Shown here in pieces: positions 56,545-64,000 of a DNA stretch of 64,000 nt (position 1 is the first letter of the stretch; every line of letters begins with the position of its first letter). The translations under genes were made by a program, and so were the position numbers. The notes beneath the pieces are model-generated. The model saw only the letters and a program-made list of their open reading frames with translations, was not told the DNA's origin and did not search any database. This stretch comes from the human T2T-CHM13v2.0 reference genome, Homo sapiens, in the NCBI RefSeq assembly GCF_009914755.1, contig NC_060935.1, one strand, 5' to 3'.

Positions 56545-57731
56545 CAGTTATGCACCACCTATTGCCAGAATGTTTTGGTCAACAAGAAATCATATATGCA
56601 AAGGTGATCCCATAAGATTATAATGAAGCCGAAACATTCGTATTGCCTAGTGATGTCATAGTTATTATAATGTCATAGTGCACCTCATCACTGGTGTTTG
56701 TGGTGATGCTGGTGTACAAACCTCCTGTGCTGCCAGTCTCACAAAAGTCTTTTTTATAATATCTCATAAAATCTAACACATACAGTTACATACAGTACCT
56801 AACACTCATTAATGACAATAAATCACTATGTTACTAATTTATGTACTTCTGATAATATACTTTATACTTTTTATCATTATTTTAGAATATACTCCTTCTG
56901 CTTGTGAAAAAAGTTACCTGTAAAACAGCCCCAGGCAATCTATCAGGACGTATTCCAGAATAAGGCATTTTTACCATAGGAGGTAATGCCCCCATGCACA
57001 TTATTGCCCCTAAAGATTTTACAGTGAGAAAAGTGGAAGACAGTGATATTTACAGGTCCTGATTCTTTGTAGACCGAAGCTAATGTGTGTGTTTCTATCT
57101 CAGTTTTTAACAAAAAGTTAAAAAATAAAAACTTTTAAAAATATTAAAAAGCATATAGAAAAGGAATATAAAGAAAATAATTGTGCACAGCTCTTCAATA
57201 TGTTTGTGTTTAAAGCTGTTATTATGATAATAAAAAACTTAAAGTTTATAAAGTAAAAAAGTTACAGTAAGTTTATTATTGTAAAAAGGTGTCTTAATAA
57301 ATTTAGTATGGCTTAAGTTTACTGTGTTTATAAAGTCCACAGTAGTACAGAGTAATGTCCTAGGTCTTCACATTCACTTGCCACTCACCAACTCACCAGA
57401 GTAACTTCTAATCTTTCAAGCTTCATTCATGGTAAATGACCTATACGGGTGTACCATTTTTTATCTTTTATATTGTATTTTTACTGTACCTTTTCTATGT
57501 TTATATATGTAAACACTTATCATTTTGTTACAATTGCCTATAGTTTTCACTACAGTAATAGGCTGTACAGATTTGTAGCGTAGGAGCAATAGGCCATACC
57601 ACATAGCACAAGTGTAGCGTAGGCTATCCCATCTAGGTTTATGTAAGTACACTCTATGATGTTCACAGGATGAAACTGCCTAATGTTGCATTTTTCAGAA
57701 AGTATTTCCACTGTTAAGTGACATATGACTA
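56545..57731 (+). mobile_element. Tigger3b-like (TcMar-Tigger) non-autonomous DNA transposon
   Basis: TA|CAGTTATGCACC...CCCATAAGATTATAATG...GTTAAGTGACATATGACTA|TA; decayed TIRs, TA target duplication, about 1.19 kb. Confidence 0.85.
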
Positions 57732-57950
57732 TAAATGTATATTATGCAGCTAATTAGCAATATCTTTATTATCTTAACTCTGAGAATTACCTTCCTAAAT
57801 TTAAATAAAGATTATAAAATTAGAATAAATGATATTCACTTTAAACTTGTAAGACCTATATATTTTTAATCAAAAAGGGTTAAAAGTTTATGTAACATTC
57901 AAACGGTTTATTAAAGCTATAGGAGAAAGAAAGGTATTTATTTGAATTAC

Positions 57951-58059
57951 AGCACTGCTGGGGAAACAGAGAGACAGCACTTGGATGTTTTCATTTTCCA
58001 GGGCATCATATACTAAAGAATCATTCCATCTAATTTCTTCAAATCTCAAGAACACACAC
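57951..58059 (-). pseudogene. Exon-like segment, 109 nt, fully open (phase 2 to 0)
   Basis: tttcatgatttgccag|gtgtgt...agtgct|gtaatt; CVFLRFEEIRWNDSLVYDALENENIQVLSLCFPSSA. Confidence 0.55.
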
Positions 58060-58134
58060 CTGGCAAATCATGAAAATAAATTTTATGTTGTTATCAATGA
58101 TATTTTTAAATGCCATTTTAATAATTTGACTCAC

Positions 58135-58233
58135 TTTTTTTCTAATCACAGTATTATGTGTATCATCAATCTGGTACTCAATTTTACTCCATTCCACTTA
58201 ATCATTTATTAAGTCCTTTGATACAGGTACAGT
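58135..58233 (-). pseudogene. Exon-like segment, 99 nt
   Basis: tatttatttcttag|actgta...agaaaaaaa|gtgagt; TVPVSKDLIND*VEWSKIEYQIDDTHNTVIRKK; 75-nt intron to the next segment. Confidence 0.55.
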
Positions 58234-58654
58234 CTAAGAAATAAATACACAAGAGCCATAAATCCCACTCTAAAGGAATAAAGCCTGCCATTCCACTCTC
58301 ACACCCAGTTCTCTTAATCTCACCATGTTTTTTAAGATTTGGTTGCAGTATCATCATTTCTCTGGAAAAACTATTTTCATACCCACAATCCTAAAGGTTA
58401 GATGCCATAACTCATGCTCCTACATATATAACCAATTTTGTTTATTTATTTTTCCCCAGACTCTGGCAAATTTTAGGTACATAATAAAAATCCTTTGAAT
58501 GATTTCATTTTAGTCACAATTAAGAGAATGGAAAAAATTATAGGTGATTCTTCTGAGTATAAACTAAGAGTCAAGCTATTAGAGAAGCATTCCCTAAAGC
58601 AATCAAGATAACTAAAGGCACAATTTATTGTCTGTGGATCACAGTTGAGCTTAC

Positions 58655-58728
58655 CCCATGAGTCCTCGTATACTGATCTCATGAAAACTCATGTATGCTT
58701 CGGACTATGTTTTAATAAACAACACTTT
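58655..58728 (-). pseudogene. Exon-like segment, 74 nt
   Basis: ttttttttatgtcag|aaagtg...catggg|gtaagc; best frames carry one stop (e.g. KVLFIKT*SEAYMSFHEISIRGLM). Confidence 0.5.
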
Positions 58729-59039
58729 CTGACATAAAAAAAATTATTAATTAAAATGAAGTCCTAATCATACCAAGAACACCAAATGTTTCACTTTTCC
58801 ATATTAAGTTTAAATTCAGCAGTTTTCAAACATGGCCAAGGATGCCTTTGGTGTCCCCAAGACACTTTCAGAAGATTTGCAATGTCAGTATTATTATCAT
58901 AGCAACACTAAAGCATTTTTTGTCCTTTTCTACTGTATGGATGCTTGCAGATGCAAGTATGCACATCAATCTATGTCAAATAGGGTTAGCTAACAAAATA
59001 ATACAAGTGAAAATCAGGGTAAGTTATCAAAACATAACT

Positions 59040-59650
59040 GCTAGTGTGTCTAAAATGCAAAATTACAACATCAATCATTTATATATTGCTGATAGTAGTA
59101 TAAAATAGTATGTCCAACTCTGGAAAACATTTTGGCAGTTTCTTAACAATAATAAATAATAAATAAACATTCCACCACTATACAACCCACCAATTGCAAT
59201 CCTGGGCATTTATCCTAAAAAATGAAAAATTATATTTACATATAAATGTGTACACAAATGATTATGGCAGGCTTATTACAGATATCCTTAAATGGATGAA
59301 CGTTTAAATGACCATGGTACATCCATCTCATGGAGTACTATTAGGTAACAAAAAAGAACAACCCATTGATACTAATATATACAACAACTAATATAATCTC
59401 TAGAGAGTTATGCTAAGTGAAAAAGCCAAAGGTCATATATTGTATGGTTCAATTTATATAACATTCTTGAAATGACAATACTATAGAGATGGAGAACAGA
59501 TTGGTGGTTGACAAGGTTCAGAAAAAAGAGAAAATGGAGGAAGTGGTGTGGCTATAAAAGGATAACATGAGGTTTCCTAGTGGTGATGGAACACTTCTCT
59601 TTCTTAACTGTATTAATGTCAATATCCTGGTGGTGATTTTATACTATAAT
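59040..59650 (+). mobile_element. Old L1 (L1MB/MC/MD-type) 3' end
   Basis: CTCTGGAAAACATTTGGCAGTTTCTT...ATGCTAAGTGAAAAAGCC...ATAGAGATGGAGAACAGATTGGTGGTTG. Confidence 0.8.
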
Positions 59651-59654
59651 TTTG

Positions 59655-60090
59655 CATTTGTATATTTTCTTTGGAAAGAAGTCTTTGGGAAAAAATGTTT
59701 ATTCAACTCTTTTGCTCATTTTTATTTGGGTTACTTGTTTTTTGCTACTAAGTTGTATGGGTCCCTTACACATTTTTGGTATTAAACCCTTCCTAGATAT
59801 GTGGTTTGCAAATATCCTCTTCCAAGCCATAGGTTGCCTTTTTATTTTGTTGCTTGTTTCCTTTGCTGTACAGAAATTTTGGTTTAATATAGTCAGATGA
59901 GTTTATTTTTGCTTTTTTTTTTTTTTTTTTTTTGCACTCTTGGTATCATATCCTCCCCCAAAAATCACTGGGAAGACCAATTTCAAGAATCTTTCCTTCT
60001 AGTTTTCCTATAGAAGTTTTATGTTTTCACATCTCACATTTAAGTCTTTAATCCACTTCTAGTTAATTTTTGTATGTAAGACAAGAGTCC
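59655..60090 (-). mobile_element. Old L1 (L1M-type) ORF2 3' fragment, antisense
   Basis: GATATGTGGTTTGCAAATATCCTCTTCC...TTTAAGTCTTTAATCCACTTCTAGTTAATTTTTGTATG. Confidence 0.8.
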
Positions 60091-60091
60091 A

Positions 60092-60180
60092 GGCCTGGCA
60101 TGGTGGCTCATGCCTGTAATCCCATCACTTTGGGAGGCTGAGGTGGGTGGATCAAGAGGTCAGATCAAGATCATCCTATC
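60092..60180 (+). mobile_element. Alu left-arm fragment interrupted by the L1PA2 insertion
   Basis: GGCCTGGCATGGTGGCTCATGCCTGTAATCCC...GATCAAGATCATCCTATC directly abutting the L1 5' end. Confidence 0.9.
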
Positions 60181-61088
60181 GGGGGAAGGAGCCAAGATGG
60201 CCGAATAGGAACAGCTCCGGTCTACAGCTCCCAGCGTGAGCAAGGCAGAAGATGGGTGATTTCTGCATTTCCATCTGAGGTACCGGGTTCATCTCACTAG
60301 GGAGTGCCAGACAGTGGGCGCAGGTCAGTGGGTGCGCGCACCGTGCACAAGCCGAAGCAGGGTGAGGCATTGCCTCACTCGGGAAGTGCAAGGGGTCAGG
60401 GATTTCCCTTTCCTAGTCAAAGAAAGGGGTGACCCACGGCACCTGGAAAATCGGGTCACTCCCACCCAAATACTGCGCTTTTCCGACGGGCTTAAAAAAC
60501 GGCGCACCACGAGATTATATCCCCCAGCTGGCTCGGAGGGTCCTACGCCCACGGAGTCTCACTGATTGCTAGCACAGCAGTCTGAGATCAAACTGCAAGG
60601 CGGCAGCGAGGCTGGGGGAGGGGCGCCCGCCATTGCCCAGGCTTGCTTAGGTAAACAAAGCAGCCAGGAAGCTCGAACTGGGTGGAGCCCACCACAGCTC
60701 AAGGAGGCCTGCCTGCCTCTGTAGGCTCCACCTCTGGGGGCAGGGCACAGACAAACAAAAAGACAGCAGTAACCTCTGCAGACTTAAATGTCCTTGTCTG
60801 ACAGCTTTGAAGAGAGCAGTGGTTCTCCCACCACGCAGCTGGAGATCTGAGAATGGGCAGACTGCCTCCTCAAGTGGATCCCTGACCCCTGACCCCCGAG
60901 CAGCCTAACTGGGAGGCACCCCCCAGCAGGGGCACACTGACACCTCACACGGCAGGGTACTCCAACAGACCTGCAGCTGAGGGTCCTGTCTGTTAGAAGG
61001 AAAACTAACAAACAGAAAGGACATGCACACCAAAAACCCATCTGTACATCACCATCATCAAAGACCAAAAGTAGATAAAACCACAAAG
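60181..61088 (+). promoter_or_regulatory. L1 5' UTR: internal sense promoter with intact YY1 site (CAAGATGGCC, 60193-60202) and antisense promoter region (about 60580-60780)
   Basis: Colinear with the recalled L1HS/L1PA2 5' UTR; the longest CpG-rich block in the window. Confidence 0.85.
60325..60633 (-). pseudogene. L1 antisense ORF0, stop at codon 25
   Basis: ATG at 60633: MAGAPPPASLPPCSLISDCCASNQ* (TGA at 60561-60559, normally CGA); the remainder is ORF track 60325-60552. Confidence 0.85.
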
Positions 61089-62105
61089 ATGGGGAAAAAA
61101 CAGAACAGAAAAACTGGAAACTCTAAAAAGCAGAGCGCCTCTCCTCCTCCAAAGGAATGCAGTTCCTCACCAGCAACGGAACAAAGCTGGACGGAGAACG
61201 ACTTTGACGAGCTGAGAGAAGAAGGCTTCAGACGATCAAATTACTCTGAGCTACGGGAGGACATTCAAACCAAAGGCAAAGAAGTTGAAAACTTTGAAAA
61301 AAATTTAGAAGAATGTATAACTAGAATAACCAATACAGAGAAGTGCTTAAAGGAGCTGATGGAGCTGAAAACCAAGGCTCGAGAACTACGCGAAGAATGC
61401 AGAAGCCTCAGTAGCCGATGCAATCAACTGGAAGAAAGGGTACCAGCGATGGAAGATGAAATGAATGAAATGAAGTGAGAAGGGAAGTTTAGAGAAAAAA
61501 GAATAAAAAGAAATGAGCAAAGCCTCCAAGAAATATGGGACTATGTGAAAAGACCAAATCTACGTCTGATTGGTGTACCTGAAAGTGACGGGGAGAATGG
61601 AACCAAGTTGGAAAACACTCTGCAGGATATTATCCAGGAGAACTTCCCCAATCTAACAAGGCAGGCCAACATTCAGACTCAGGAAATACAGAGAACGCCA
61701 CAAAGATACTCCTCGAGAAGAGCAACTCCAAGACACATAACTGTCAGATTCACCAAAGTTGAAATGAAGGAAAAAATGTTAAGGGCAGCCAGAGAGAAAG
61801 GTCGGGTTACCCTCAAAGGGAAGCCCATCAGACTAACAGCGGATCTCTCGGCAGAAACCCTACAAGCCAGAAGAGAGTGGAGGCCAATACTCAACATTCT
61901 TAAAGAAAAGAATTTTCAACCCAGAATTTCATATCCAGCCAAACTAAGCTTCATAAGTGAAGGAGAAATAAAATCCTTTACAGACAAGCAAATGCTGAGA
62001 GATTTTGTCACCACCAGGCCTGCCCTAAAAGAGCTCCTGAAGGAAGTGCTAAACATGGAAAGGAACAACCGGTACCAGCCGCTGCAAAATCATGCCAAAA
62101 TGTAA
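61089..62105 (+). pseudogene. L1 ORF1p (338 codons) with premature stop R130* (CGA>TGA at 61476-61478)
   Basis: MGKKQNRKTGNSK...EMNEMK*EGKFREKR...QNHAKM*; ORF track 61023-61478 and 61545-62105 are in the same frame. Confidence 0.95.
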
Positions 62106-62153
62106 AGACCATCGAGACTAGGAAGAAACTGCATCAACTAATGAGCAAAATAA

Positions 62154-64000
<1,847 letters not shown>

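Overview
Primate (great ape/human-like) AT-rich, CpG-poor genomic DNA. No intact cellular protein-coding gene, RNA gene or CRISPR array is supported. Nearly all listed ORFs are chance ORFs or Alu/L1/LTR/microsatellite read-throughs. Much of the window is interspersed repeat: Alus, old L1 fragments, L2/MIR, MaLR and ERVL LTRs, and hAT and Tigger DNA transposons. It ends in the 5' 3.8 kb of an L1PA2-like LINE-1 with a complete 5' UTR and one premature stop in each of ORF0, ORF1 and ORF2. The main hidden signal lies in the unique DNA between the repeats: about 25 minus-strand exon-like segments (about 2.4-58.7 kb) with canonical AG/GT boundaries, often clustered around 75-110 nt introns. They have mostly open, partly phase-compatible frames broken by scattered stops and 1-bp frameshifts, a tandemly duplicated exon, and a repeated 'RWN...LxLCFPxS' peptide motif. 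I read this as a decayed multi-exon gene that I cannot name. The antisense promoter of the young L1 points straight into it. Several template-switch (palindrome-perfecting) mutations are visible, one of which created the L1 ORF2 stop. All repeat-family names come from recalled consensus sequences, not from a search.
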